Assembly (NCBI GenBank): GCA_036170915.1 | Contig: JAVHQC010000006.1 | Coordinates: forward strand, 160,001-224,000 | DNA from: Cyanobacteria bacterium auto_48_18 | GTDB lineage: Bacteria; Cyanobacteriota; Vampirovibrionia; Obscuribacterales; Obscuribacteraceae | Direction of reading: 5' to 3' | DNA: 64,000 bases | Shown here: positions 47,495 through 56,886 of the stretch, piece by piece | Layout of the letters: each line of letters begins with the position of its first letter | How positions within the stretch are numbered: the stretch's first letter is position 1 | The notes under the pieces: generated by a model | Told to the model about the DNA's origin: nothing | What the model saw: the letters and a program-made list of their open reading frames with translations, nothing else | Database searches by the model: none | Program-made: the position numbers and the translations under genes

Positions 47495-48736
47495 ATGTCT
47501 AGCTTAATCAATCAGAATCAACACGGTCGAATCGCTCTCAGTGCCGAAGTGGTGCGAATGGCTCAAATTCGAGCCAACCGCCAGGGTGTGCAGTTCAGGC
47601 AAGAATTGGCCAGGCTGGTGGCTGAAGAAGCAATTATGGCTTTAGATTATGATCTTGGCTTGCTGATTGAAAGTAATGCTTTGAGCCAATCTGATGCCAT
47701 GGCTGCGGCTCTCGGCGTCAACGACCTTGTGGTAAATGGCCAGCGCATGGACATTCGTGCTCTCGATGAAGACGGCGAAGTCAGTGTTGCCAGGGCTCTT
47801 GTGGGCTCGCAATATTTGAGTCTGGGCAGCTTGATTGTCGAACTGGACGGCGTCAGTGGTGGAAGCATCGTCGGCCATGTAAGCTCCGGTGCCTGGCTCA
47901 AGGCCGAAGACGGTTTGCGCGACGCTGAGACTATTCGTATGCCAGTTGAGATTAAGGCCGATTTTGATCTGAGCCAAACCATAGTGGCACTTGCTCAAAA
48001 AGCACCCTTTAAGCTGCCGGCTGTAGCTAAGTTGGCTAATTTTGAAAACGACGTTAACGACCTTTTCAACAACAAGGGCCGCCTGATTGCTTCTCGTCAG
48101 AAACAAATTTTTTCTTACCTCTGCGCTCACTGGTCTGATGAAATGCTGGCGCAAGTAGAAGCTATCGGCTGTAAATTGCCTGCTGCCAAAGTCACACGAG
48201 TTTTGTTTGCTGCCGGGCGCTGGCATGCTACATCTGAGCGGCTGGCCGACAAACTTGCTCTGCGCTTTAAAAAGCTTTCCCGTGACCAAATACTCGCTCA
48301 AATTTTGACTGTGGGTGAAAAACTGGGAGGGGAGATTAAGGCTCCTGCTTTCAGGCATGAATTGCTCACTGGCCTGGCTGCTTCTGAGCTGGCCATGAAT
48401 GACGGCATTCAGGCCAAAGCCGCACAAGCGGTCATGGCTAAAGTTATGAGTGGTGCCAGCGCGGTGGAAGTGGTGAAATCTCTGGTGAAAAACGCGGTGG
48501 CAGTGGATTTAGCCCTTGCTATCAAGAGTAAGCGTCAGGCTGCAGCAGGCTTCATGGCCGCCACTGCCGAAGAAATTGGCATGGCTTTTCAACAACTGGC
48601 ACTACAGCCTGCCTATGCCACCCATAGCAGCGGTGATTCTGGAGTAGATTCCATTAATGAAGCGCTGGCTTTGCTTCAAGCTACTGACATGGCCGACATT
48701 ATTGCTGCCTGTGATCAGGAAATGGCGCAGTTCTAG
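47495..48736 (+). CDS. Hypothetical protein; N-terminus resembles DUF1822 family
   Basis: NDLVVNGQRMDIR...LIVELD...IVGHV pattern; lies right after the sigma-like gene; GGAG SD. Confidence 0.5.
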   Translation: MSSLINQNQHGRIALSAEVVRMAQIRANRQGVQFRQELARLVAEEAIMALDYDLGLLIESNALSQSDAMAAALGVNDLVVNGQRMDIRALDEDGEVSVARALVGSQYLSLGSLIVELDGVSGGSIVGHVSSGAWLKAEDGLRDAETIRMPVEIKADFDLSQTIVALAQKAPFKLPAVAKLANFENDVNDLFNNKGRLIASRQKQIFSYLCAHWSDEMLAQVEAIGCKLPAAKVTRVLFAAGRWHATSERLADKLALRFKKLSRDQILAQILTVGEKLGGEIKAPAFRHELLTGLAASELAMNDGIQAKAAQAVMAKVMSGASAVEVVKSLVKNAVAVDLALAIKSKRQAAAGFMAATAEEIGMAFQQLALQPAYATHSSGDSGVDSINEALALLQATDMADIIAACDQEMAQF

Positions 48737-48780
48737 ATTGCAAATTTCCTGTTTGGCAATAAGTTCGGTACAATCGGCAC

Positions 48781-49551
48781 ATGCAAGCGAGCACCAGTGT
48801 AGTTGATTGTAGTGGTTGTGGAGAGCAAAACAGCTCTGACATGTCATTTTGCCTCAAGTGCGGCAAAGTGCTCTCTTCGGCCGTACAGGAACAACGCGAT
48901 ATTCGCGGAGTTAAAAAGCGGCAGTGCAAAAGTTGTGGCCGGGCTGATGAACTCAATCATCGATATTGCATTTTTTGTGGTGCCGACATTAAGGCATTCG
49001 TTGCCAAAGCTGCCAACCCTGAAGCCTTAAATAGATTTACCAGTGAGCTTTCGCAGCTAGCGGCCGACCCAGATCCCAATGAAGCGCTGCAAGTTGCTAG
49101 AGATCAAAGTAATTCTGCGGCCAGTAATTATCACGCACCAGTAGTCTATAAAAATAAGGCTGCCACAAAACCATCATATGGTGCGCTGGTTGTGCAATTG
49201 TTCTTGCTTCTAGGATTGGCTTCAGGAGCTGGTCTTGCCTATTTCTTCAAGGGCCCGGCCTTACTGCAGGCTTACAATTTAGTCACAGGAAATAGCTTCA
49301 AAGATGGACTTTTAATTTTTACCGAACAGCCCACTGTCAACATTGTCACCGAATCGCAAGATCGCAAACAGTACACTATTGGTCAAACCAAAAATGGCAG
49401 CATGGCCATATCTGGAATCGATCCAGGAGTTCAGCGTATTACTTTTTCGCTGCCTGATGCCTCAATCATTGAAGCGGTAACTTTGCTTCCATCAAAATTA
49501 AATATGCTTGGATACGATCAAAAAGTTGATGTCAACGCTGGTAAACACTGA
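48781..49551 (+). CDS. Double zinc-ribbon protein with one TM and a beta-rich extracytoplasmic domain
   Basis: CSGC-x10-CLKC and CKSC-x10-CIFC; TM LVVQLFLLLGLASGAGLAYFF. Confidence 0.8.
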   Translation: MQASTSVVDCSGCGEQNSSDMSFCLKCGKVLSSAVQEQRDIRGVKKRQCKSCGRADELNHRYCIFCGADIKAFVAKAANPEALNRFTSELSQLAADPDPNEALQVARDQSNSAASNYHAPVVYKNKAATKPSYGALVVQLFLLLGLASGAGLAYFFKGPALLQAYNLVTGNSFKDGLLIFTEQPTVNIVTESQDRKQYTIGQTKNGSMAISGIDPGVQRITFSLPDASIIEAVTLLPSKLNMLGYDQKVDVNAGKH

Positions 49552-50795
49552 TGACCGCCAAAATTAATTGTCCTACCTGCCAGCGCTCTTTGCCCGCCGC
49601 ATCAAAGTTTTGCGGGTTTGATGGTACCGATTTATCACTGGCTGCCGAAGGCCAGGCATCACGCAAAGTCTGCTCCGTATGTGGTCGCTTTTATCCTGGT
49701 TATGCGCAATTTTGTGCTTTTGATCGCAGCTCATTGCAGATAATGAAAACACAAAGAGAGTTGGCGCAAGAAAGCGAATCGCCTTCTGATCAGGCTTTAG
49801 AGCGCTATAGCGGCACACAGTCAAACGAAACTGTAGTGGTGCCCGTGCTGCCACCGGCGACCTCAACTGCACAAATTGCTGCTGATGACAGATTGTTTTC
49901 GCCTGCTGATTCCAACATGCCTTATTCAGAGTTGGTTGGTAAAACCATCGACAAAAAATATTTGATTCAGTCTGTACTGGGTGAAGGCGGCATGGCCGTT
50001 GTCTATCGCGCTCATCAAATTCAGATGGAGCGCACGGTTGTGATCAAAGTTATGCAAGGCTGGTTGCTTTCCAACCGCAATTCGGTAGAGAGATTTGAGC
50101 GCGAGTGCAAACTCACTGCCAAACTCAATCATCCAAATATTGTCTCAGTCTACGACGTTGGTTTAATTAACGGCAAAGAACCATATTTGGTGATGGAGTA
50201 TATCAAAGGTGAATCACTGGCAGACAAGATTCACAACTCGGGCGCGTTGCCCTATGCCACCACCGCCAATATCATCATTCAAATTTGCCGCGGCTTGCAA
50301 GAAGCGCATACGTCCGGCATTATCCACCGCGATTTGAAACCTGACAACGTTTTGCTGCAACATAAATCAGATCGGCCTGACTGGGTAAAAATCGTAGACT
50401 TCGGTATTTCAAACTTTGTGCACGGTAGCAAGAAGCTGACTAAAACAGGACGCATGGTAGGCACACCTGAATATATTGCTCCAGAACAATTAAAAGATCG
50501 CCCGATTGATATGCGGACAGATCTATACGGCCTCGGCATTATGATGTTTGAAATGTTGGCTGGCCGTGTGCCTTTCGATGGCGAAAGCGCCGAATCGATT
50601 TTGATGAAACATTTGCTTGAAGATCCGCCCCAGATGGCTGAAATTCGTCCAGAATTGGCTGAGGGAAATCTTTTCCAACCAATAGTCGACAAGCTCTTGA
50701 AGAAAAACCCAGACGAGCGCTATCAAACCGCCACGGAATTGCGGCTTGATGTGGAACATGCATTAAACGCCGTTTTACTGAAGAAAAACACTTAA
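49551..50795 (+). CDS. Hanks-type Ser/Thr protein kinase with N-terminal zinc-ribbon-like motifs
   Basis: GEGGMAVV, IK, HRDLKPDN, DFG, GTPEYIAPE; CPTC..CGFD and CSVC..CAFD; TGATG overlap with the upstream gene. Confidence 0.93.
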   Translation: MTAKINCPTCQRSLPAASKFCGFDGTDLSLAAEGQASRKVCSVCGRFYPGYAQFCAFDRSSLQIMKTQRELAQESESPSDQALERYSGTQSNETVVVPVLPPATSTAQIAADDRLFSPADSNMPYSELVGKTIDKKYLIQSVLGEGGMAVVYRAHQIQMERTVVIKVMQGWLLSNRNSVERFERECKLTAKLNHPNIVSVYDVGLINGKEPYLVMEYIKGESLADKIHNSGALPYATTANIIIQICRGLQEAHTSGIIHRDLKPDNVLLQHKSDRPDWVKIVDFGISNFVHGSKKLTKTGRMVGTPEYIAPEQLKDRPIDMRTDLYGLGIMMFEMLAGRVPFDGESAESILMKHLLEDPPQMAEIRPELAEGNLFQPIVDKLLKKNPDERYQTATELRLDVEHALNAVLLKKNT

Positions 50796-50847
50796 TTAAG
50801 TGTGGTTTCAGACTTATTCTCGTGTTGTCTTTATCTAAACTGGTGGC

Positions 50848-51453
50848 ATGCGCCGAACTTTTATCAAAATCTGCAGCGCGCTTTTACTACCGCCGCTGCT
50901 GATTTCAGCTTACGCACTGTGGTGGGGAATCGTCTATCGTCTGCCCCGCTCAGCCGACAAAGTAGTGGACCTGCGTACAAATAAAGCAAGCTCTCAAGGG
51001 GCCCGTCGCATATTTTTTTGTGCCGGCCTCGCCAATAATCCGCACGGGTTTCCTGGACATGCTTATGTAGTTTGGTCGAAAAATTTAGCTGCCAGTGTAG
51101 CTGTAAGCGCCGGGGAAGCCAATTTTAAAGATTGCGAAACCCTTGGCTATTGTCCTCATGATTTCTGGAGTATCGTTCCATCTGTTTATACTGCAGTGCC
51201 TGGGGTTGTGGACGACCGCGCCTCCAGCGGTAACGATCGCAATGTCGAGCGGCTCATAGTGCTGGTTGACGATGCTGCTTTCGAGCGCTCAAGAGAGGCC
51301 TGCCGACGGTGGGATGCCACCAATTTTAGGACCGGCAGCCGTGATTGCTGCGCTTTCATTGATTTTGTCGCAACTGAAATTGGACTGGCTGTGCCCAGGG
51401 CCCAGTTTAGCTATCCACATGACCATATTCTCAAGCTTAAGACTCTAAATTGA
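50848..51453 (+). CDS. Hypothetical membrane-anchored protein, possibly permuted papain-like hydrolase
   Basis: N-terminal TM; PGHAYV and RDCCAF in His-before-Cys order. Confidence 0.5.
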   Translation: MRRTFIKICSALLLPPLLISAYALWWGIVYRLPRSADKVVDLRTNKASSQGARRIFFCAGLANNPHGFPGHAYVVWSKNLAASVAVSAGEANFKDCETLGYCPHDFWSIVPSVYTAVPGVVDDRASSGNDRNVERLIVLVDDAAFERSREACRRWDATNFRTGSRDCCAFIDFVATEIGLAVPRAQFSYPHDHILKLKTLN

Positions 51454-51512
51454 ATGCTAGGATAAGCGGCTGCCTGCCACGTGGCGGCTGCCACGCATGC
51501 TAAGAGGGGTCA

Positions 51513-51902
51513 ATGTTGTCTACTGAATCTAGAGAAAAAGAGCGGCGCGATCCCGCTATTCGGGTAGTGCTTCAACCGAAAGACACCAACAAAGCCGGCA
51601 CCATCTTTGGCGGCATTATTCTTAGCTATATCGACTTAGCTGGGGCGGTTGAAGTAGGTAAGACTACTCAACAGCGAATCGTCACTGCCGGAATTAAGGA
51701 AGTAGAATTTAAAGCTCCGGTACTGGTAGGTGAAGTGGTGAGCTTCTACACTAAGACCCTGCGAGTTGGACGTACCTCAGTCACCGTTTCAGTAGAGGTA
51801 GAATCTACTCGAGGTCATGAATTTGTGCGAGTGACCTCAGCTGAGCTGACCTTTGTTTGCCTTGATCAAGATGGCAAACCCACTCCTGTAGTACAAAGCT
51901 AG
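51513..51902 (+). CDS. Acyl-CoA thioesterase (hotdog fold, YciA-like)
   Basis: PKDTNKAGTIFGG, DLAG, VGRTS. Confidence 0.9.
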   Translation: MLSTESREKERRDPAIRVVLQPKDTNKAGTIFGGIILSYIDLAGAVEVGKTTQQRIVTAGIKEVEFKAPVLVGEVVSFYTKTLRVGRTSVTVSVEVESTRGHEFVRVTSAELTFVCLDQDGKPTPVVQS

Positions 51903-51915
51903 TAGTGGAGCGCGT

Positions 51916-52509
51916 ATGACAACTCTCGATCCGGTTTTCGAAAAGCCCAGCGTAGAAAAGCTTCGCCTGTACTTGGGCACTGGGGCCGGTAAGACTACTG
52001 CCACTTTTGGTCTTGCCTTGCGCGCGCTGAGCAAGGGTATGAATGTGACGCTGGTTTTCTTCGATAAGCTGGAAGAAAACTCTTCTGAAGGCCGCGGCCT
52101 GCGCATTTTAGCTGATACCAGGGCCGAAGGTTTCGGCCGATTAACCATGAATTATACGGGCGTCAATCGCCTGGGCACCGGGCCGAAGGGCAGCTTCCGA
52201 CTCTATAGTTCTCCCAATGGCATTCTGCCGGAAGATAAAGAGGCCGCTTTGCAGGGCCTGCATTTTCTTGCTGATGGACTTAAGCGCGGAGATGACCTGG
52301 TGATTGGCGACGAGCTATTAGACGTAGCGCGAGTCGGTCTGGTGGAATGGGATGACGTGAAGCGTCAACTAGATCACAGACAGGACCCTTCGGTATTGGT
52401 TTTAACCGGTCGTCGCGCACCAGATTGGTTAATGGAACAGGCCAGCACCATATCTGCCACCACTCAGTTGAAGCATCACGGTCGTGCCATAGAAGGCATC
52501 GACTGTTAG
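51916..52509 (+). CDS. Cob(I)yrinic acid a,c-diamide adenosyltransferase (CobO/BtuR family)
   Basis: GTGAGKTTATFGLALRA, DE, LVLTGR, KH...GID. Confidence 0.8.
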   Translation: MTTLDPVFEKPSVEKLRLYLGTGAGKTTATFGLALRALSKGMNVTLVFFDKLEENSSEGRGLRILADTRAEGFGRLTMNYTGVNRLGTGPKGSFRLYSSPNGILPEDKEAALQGLHFLADGLKRGDDLVIGDELLDVARVGLVEWDDVKRQLDHRQDPSVLVLTGRRAPDWLMEQASTISATTQLKHHGRAIEGIDC

Positions 52510-52540
52510 TCAAGACTTAAAGAAGACTCGCAAGCTAAGA

Positions 52541-53935
52541 CTAGGGCTTTTTGAATGTGCCGCCGGTTGGTGAAGCTTGAGCCGTGTGGTTTGAAGTTTT
52601 GCTGATTTCTTGTTTCATCACTTCAATGGCTTTATTCAACTGGATATCTTTACCATCAGACGCACCACGTTTGAAGTTGGCTAGTGTGGGATCAATCCAC
52701 CATGGACCTTTCAAATCTTTAATATCGTCTTCTTTGAGCTCAACTTTGAAGTCTGGCACGATGCCTGTTTTGTGAATATCAGTGTCATTTGGAGTGAGAT
52801 ATTTAGCAATGGTGACATTGATACCGGAGCCGTCTTCAAGGCGGTTAATGGCCTGCACCAGACCTTTACCAAATGATTTTTCACCTACCAGTTTTGCTCT
52901 GCCGTTATCTCGCAGGGCACCACTGAGAATTTCACTGGCTGAAGCAGACCCGCCATTAATGAGCACTACCAGTGGTTGCGTATTGATTGGCACGCCAGCG
53001 GAAACTTGCGATTGTTTATAACCTTCAGCATCAATGGTGCTTACGATCACACCTTTTTCAAGGAACATGTTGGCAATTTGCACAGCATTGGAAAGCAATC
53101 CGCCAGGATTGGAGCGCAGATCGAGAATTACACCATCGGCCTTTGACACTGTATTTAGTGCTTTGACCATTTCTTTGTCGGCTTTATTAGAAATAAAGCT
53201 CTCAAGGCGTATATAACCGATATTGCCTGGGAGTATTTCAGCAGTACCAACAGCTTTAATTGGAATTTCAGCTCTTTGCAGATTGACTTTTTTGCGCTCG
53301 GCTTTGCGCATGAAAGTGATTGAAACTTTGGTATCAATTGGTCCGCGAATTTGTTTGACCACAACATCAAGCGACTGACCCTTGACCGGCTTGTTGTCGA
53401 CTTCGATGATTTCATCGCCGGATAGCATGCCGGCATTGTAGGCAGGAGTGCCTTCAATTGGCGCAATGACTACGACTTTGTGCTCTTTGTTCATTCCCAG
53501 TTGCATGCCCACGCCAAATAAGTGGGCTTCAATCTGATCTTTCTCGTCAGCGAAAGCTTCACGGTCTAAAAATCTTGTGTAAGGATCGCCTAAGCTGGCC
53601 AACATTGTCTCTACAGCTTTGTGCGATTCGTCACTGGTTTTGAGCTTACCGTCATAGTGGTGCTCCCAACGGTTCCAGTTCTGGCCAGAAAATTTCTGGT
53701 CATAATATTGTTCTTTAATCATCTTCCACGAGCGGTGATAAAGGTCCTGAGGACTGATTTGATTTTTCACCGTCTGAGCAATGAAAGCATGAGGCGCCTC
53801 AGAGGCACCATCAGCAATCAGTGTTTTCGAGATTGCGTCACCTTTACCATTAGCGAAAAGCCAGCTCTGTAAACCAAAGAAAGCCAGGCAGAATGCGAGC
53901 GGTATGCCAACTCGAGCGACTACTTTCCTATCCAA
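52541..53935 (-). CDS. ctpA: S41 carboxyl-terminal processing protease (PDZ)
   Basis: LGDPYTRF, DLRSNPGG, SASASEI, FGKGLVQ. Confidence 0.92.
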   Translation of the reverse strand: MDRKVVARVGIPLAFCLAFFGLQSWLFANGKGDAISKTLIADGASEAPHAFIAQTVKNQISPQDLYHRSWKMIKEQYYDQKFSGQNWNRWEHHYDGKLKTSDESHKAVETMLASLGDPYTRFLDREAFADEKDQIEAHLFGVGMQLGMNKEHKVVVIAPIEGTPAYNAGMLSGDEIIEVDNKPVKGQSLDVVVKQIRGPIDTKVSITFMRKAERKKVNLQRAEIPIKAVGTAEILPGNIGYIRLESFISNKADKEMVKALNTVSKADGVILDLRSNPGGLLSNAVQIANMFLEKGVIVSTIDAEGYKQSQVSAGVPINTQPLVVLINGGSASASEILSGALRDNGRAKLVGEKSFGKGLVQAINRLEDGSGINVTIAKYLTPNDTDIHKTGIVPDFKVELKEDDIKDLKGPWWIDPTLANFKRGASDGKDIQLNKAIEVMKQEISKTSNHTAQASPTGGTFKKP

Positions 53936-54258
53936 CTTTCTACCTCTACCTTCAAAAACCTTTGCTCTAACTCAAATCTTAGATCACTATGCCCTGGGCT
54001 CGCCCAGACTACGCTTACATGGTTGACCTTTTGTATTACTCTTAGTACTGACAAAATATGTTAGCGATTTATGAGCAGCCTTGCGAATTTTTAATTGTAG
54101 CCCCTCTTTCGGCCTGCCGTCGATAAAAAGCATGCATATGCAGGCGATTTTTTGGTAATTGCCGCAAGTTAATTATTTTAGGTTTCAAGTATCTTGGCAT
54201 TTACCCTATCATTAGGCGCGTGGGACAGCATTGTTATTTAATTGGAGGCGGCTTCTGA

Positions 54259-55362
54259 ATGTCGGCCAATAAGGGAACCAAAGGCGCAACACTGGAGAAA
54301 GACCTATCACCTTCGGTTTCGCTGGAAGCACGTCCCAGTCAATTCGACGGTGGAGACCAGTCTGCTCCAGCTCGTCAGTCTATAACCGCCAGGCTCAATG
54401 CCATTAAGATTTCTCCTGCTGTCAAGTTGCGGGCTAAAATCGGCATTTCTGTGGTGCTGTTTGCCAGCTTATTCTTATTCGGCAAGGTCGATTTATCGAA
54501 GTCTGTTGATGTGGCTCTGAAAGCCAACCCCTGGTACCTTCTGGTTGCCGTAGCACTTTTCCTCGGTTCTACCTTTCTTAACGCGCACCGCTGGAAACTA
54601 TTAGCCAGTGCTGTCGGTCTGCATCAACCTTTGCTGAAAATGGTGCAGTTCTGTTTTGTCGGCATTTTCTTCAATTTATTCCTGCCATCCACTGTTGGTG
54701 GCGATTTCAGCCGCTGTTATTACCTTTCTAAAGGCACCGGAAAATATTCTCACGCTTTCTACTCAGTGCTGGCGGACCGCACAGTGGGTATAGCAGTGCT
54801 TTTCCTTTTCGCCTCGGTGGGCATTCTATGCGGCCCTGGCGGCGACGGTTTGCCTCTGCAACTGAAATTGCCGATTTTGCTCGGTACTGTGGGGCTGTTT
54901 TCTGTTTTGCCATTCCTTCCCACTCTGGCTTTGCGCATTCTAGGGCCGGATAACTGGATATCGAAACAGTTAAACAATTCGCCGGCGGCAGTCTACTGGC
55001 ACAACAAAAAGCTTATGGCCATCACTATTGGCTTGTCTGTGGTGATGCAAATAGTCATTGTCATGTGTCACGTGGCCATTGGCCTGGCGCTTGGCTTGAC
55101 CAACATTCCTCTCTGGTATTACTTTGTCTTTTATCCATCAGTAGCCGTTCTTGGTTTCATTACACCAAGCTTTAACGGTATCGGTATTCGCGAGTGGGCC
55201 TACACTTACTTTCTCACTCTGGCTGGCGTTGATCGGGCCCCTGCGCTTACCTACGCCATTATCTGGCTCAGTCTCACCACCCTAGCCAGTCTGGTGGGTG
55301 GTCTGGTTTATTTGCTCGGCCATTTCAAGATGCCGAAAGCAGATAAAGACCCTCAGGACTAA
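54259..55362 (+). CDS. Lysylphosphatidylglycerol synthase TM / flippase-like (UPF0104) protein
   Basis: RW, FFNLFLPSTVGGD, DR, GIGIRE; GGAGG SD. Confidence 0.85.
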   Translation: MSANKGTKGATLEKDLSPSVSLEARPSQFDGGDQSAPARQSITARLNAIKISPAVKLRAKIGISVVLFASLFLFGKVDLSKSVDVALKANPWYLLVAVALFLGSTFLNAHRWKLLASAVGLHQPLLKMVQFCFVGIFFNLFLPSTVGGDFSRCYYLSKGTGKYSHAFYSVLADRTVGIAVLFLFASVGILCGPGGDGLPLQLKLPILLGTVGLFSVLPFLPTLALRILGPDNWISKQLNNSPAAVYWHNKKLMAITIGLSVVMQIVIVMCHVAIGLALGLTNIPLWYYFVFYPSVAVLGFITPSFNGIGIREWAYTYFLTLAGVDRAPALTYAIIWLSLTTLASLVGGLVYLLGHFKMPKADKDPQD

Positions 55363-55398
55363 CACGAATAAGTACTTGTTGAGGCGGTTAACTTAATC

Positions 55399-56886
55399 AT
55401 GGGCGTAAAAGTCAGCTTTCTGCCCGGCTGCAATCCGCTTGAGAACCAAACGATTTTAGATGCTTTTGCCGTGGCCCGTGAAGCCGGTTGTAAAGCATAT
55501 TTGGTTGGTGGTTGTGTTCGCGATTCAATTGACGTAAATGATGGTCACTCTGTGACCAAATTTTCGACCCGAAATTTGCTCGATTTTGATTTTGCGGTTG
55601 TTGATCTGAGTGGCTGTCAGGCAAGCCCAGCAATTGCTTTGGCTGAAATGGCAGCGGAAAAACTGGGTGGGCATTTTGTTCTTTTAGATAGTTTGAACGA
55701 TATCGCCAGAGTTGTTTTGGACGAATCAGTTCTAACCTACCTTGATTTTGCCGGAGTGACCGGAAGCATAGACTCTGACATCATTCGCCGTGATTTCACC
55801 GTCAACGCAATGGTTTTTGACCAGGACCATCCCGGTGAAATTCTTGACCCCACTGGCGGACTGGCCGATCTGAAAAATAAGGTTATTCGGGCAGTCAGCG
55901 AACAAGTGCTTAAAGAAGACCCCTTGCGCATCCTTCGCGCTTATCGCTTTGCCGCCAGCCTCGGCGCACAAATTGAGCCGCAAACAAAAGAGTTTTTGAG
56001 AAAGCATGTGCACCTTCTCGGCCAAGTGGCAAGAGAGCGCATCAGCTATGAGTTTTTCACCTTAATGGAGTGCCCCAGAGTGGCATCCCTGGTGGTTGAA
56101 ATGGGTGAAATTGGCCTTCTGGAAGAGATCTATCCAGAGCTGAAAGATTGTCGTAAAGTCACCGCTAACAGCTTTCATCATCTCGCCTTATTTGACCACT
56201 GTGTGGAGACTATTCCCCAGTTAGAAGAGCGCTGGATGAACTTGCCGCCCTGGGTGCGTCAATCGGCGGATCAGGAACTTGCAGGGGGCATCAGTCGGCG
56301 CGCTGCTACTAAAGTTGCCGCACTATTGCACGACATCGGTAAGCCAGGCACCTGGGAGGTCACTCCTGAAGGACGGCATACTTTTATAGGCCATGACAAA
56401 CTTGGTGCCGAAATGGTGCGGCCCTTAGCTGAACGAGAGAAGTGGTCCAAAACACTCACTCGTTTCGTTGAGCGATTGGTGCTCTGGCATCTGCGCCCTG
56501 GACACCTTTTTCACACGGGCACGCCAACTGCCAAAGCTCTTAATAGGTTCTATCGCACCGTGGGCGAAGAAGTACCCGAGCTGATGATGCTTGCCTTCGC
56601 CGATTTTGGTGCTACCTGTGGGCCAGGCTTAGCTGGTGAAGACAGAGAGCGACTGGAGAAATGCCTGGTTGAGTTAATGGATGGATATCCTGCTTATATA
56701 GAAGCGTCGAAACGTTTGCCCAAATTGTTGTCTGGTCAGGATGTAATGAGGATTCTAGAGATAAAACCGGGTCCAATAATCGGTGAAATTCTCAATGCCT
56801 TGACTGAAGCGCAGGAAATTAACGAAGTGCTGGATCTGGCTCAGGCAGAAGCTTTCGTGCGAAATTACCAACCTGTTGAAAACTAG
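55399..56886 (+). CDS. Class II tRNA nucleotidyltransferase with HD domain (probably CC-adding)
   Basis: LVGGCVRD, DFD, RRDFTVNAM, EDPLR, ERI, LHDIGK; flexible loop absent. Confidence 0.88.
   Translation: MGVKVSFLPGCNPLENQTILDAFAVAREAGCKAYLVGGCVRDSIDVNDGHSVTKFSTRNLLDFDFAVVDLSGCQASPAIALAEMAAEKLGGHFVLLDSLNDIARVVLDESVLTYLDFAGVTGSIDSDIIRRDFTVNAMVFDQDHPGEILDPTGGLADLKNKVIRAVSEQVLKEDPLRILRAYRFAASLGAQIEPQTKEFLRKHVHLLGQVARERISYEFFTLMECPRVASLVVEMGEIGLLEEIYPELKDCRKVTANSFHHLALFDHCVETIPQLEERWMNLPPWVRQSADQELAGGISRRAATKVAALLHDIGKPGTWEVTPEGRHTFIGHDKLGAEMVRPLAEREKWSKTLTRFVERLVLWHLRPGHLFHTGTPTAKALNRFYRTVGEEVPELMMLAFADFGATCGPGLAGEDRERLEKCLVELMDGYPAYIEASKRLPKLLSGQDVMRILEIKPGPIIGEILNALTEAQEINEVLDLAQAEAFVRNYQPVEN

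Noticed and set aside
47642..48427. 261-aa minus-strand ORF and the many other short overlapping ORFs in the track
   Set aside because: Antisense or out-of-frame shadows of better-supported genes, with no recognisable motifs
53936..54258. ncRNA or operator in the ctpA divergent intergenic region (TGCATATGCA palindrome)
   Set aside because: Single short palindrome with no supporting structure; likely ordinary divergent promoters
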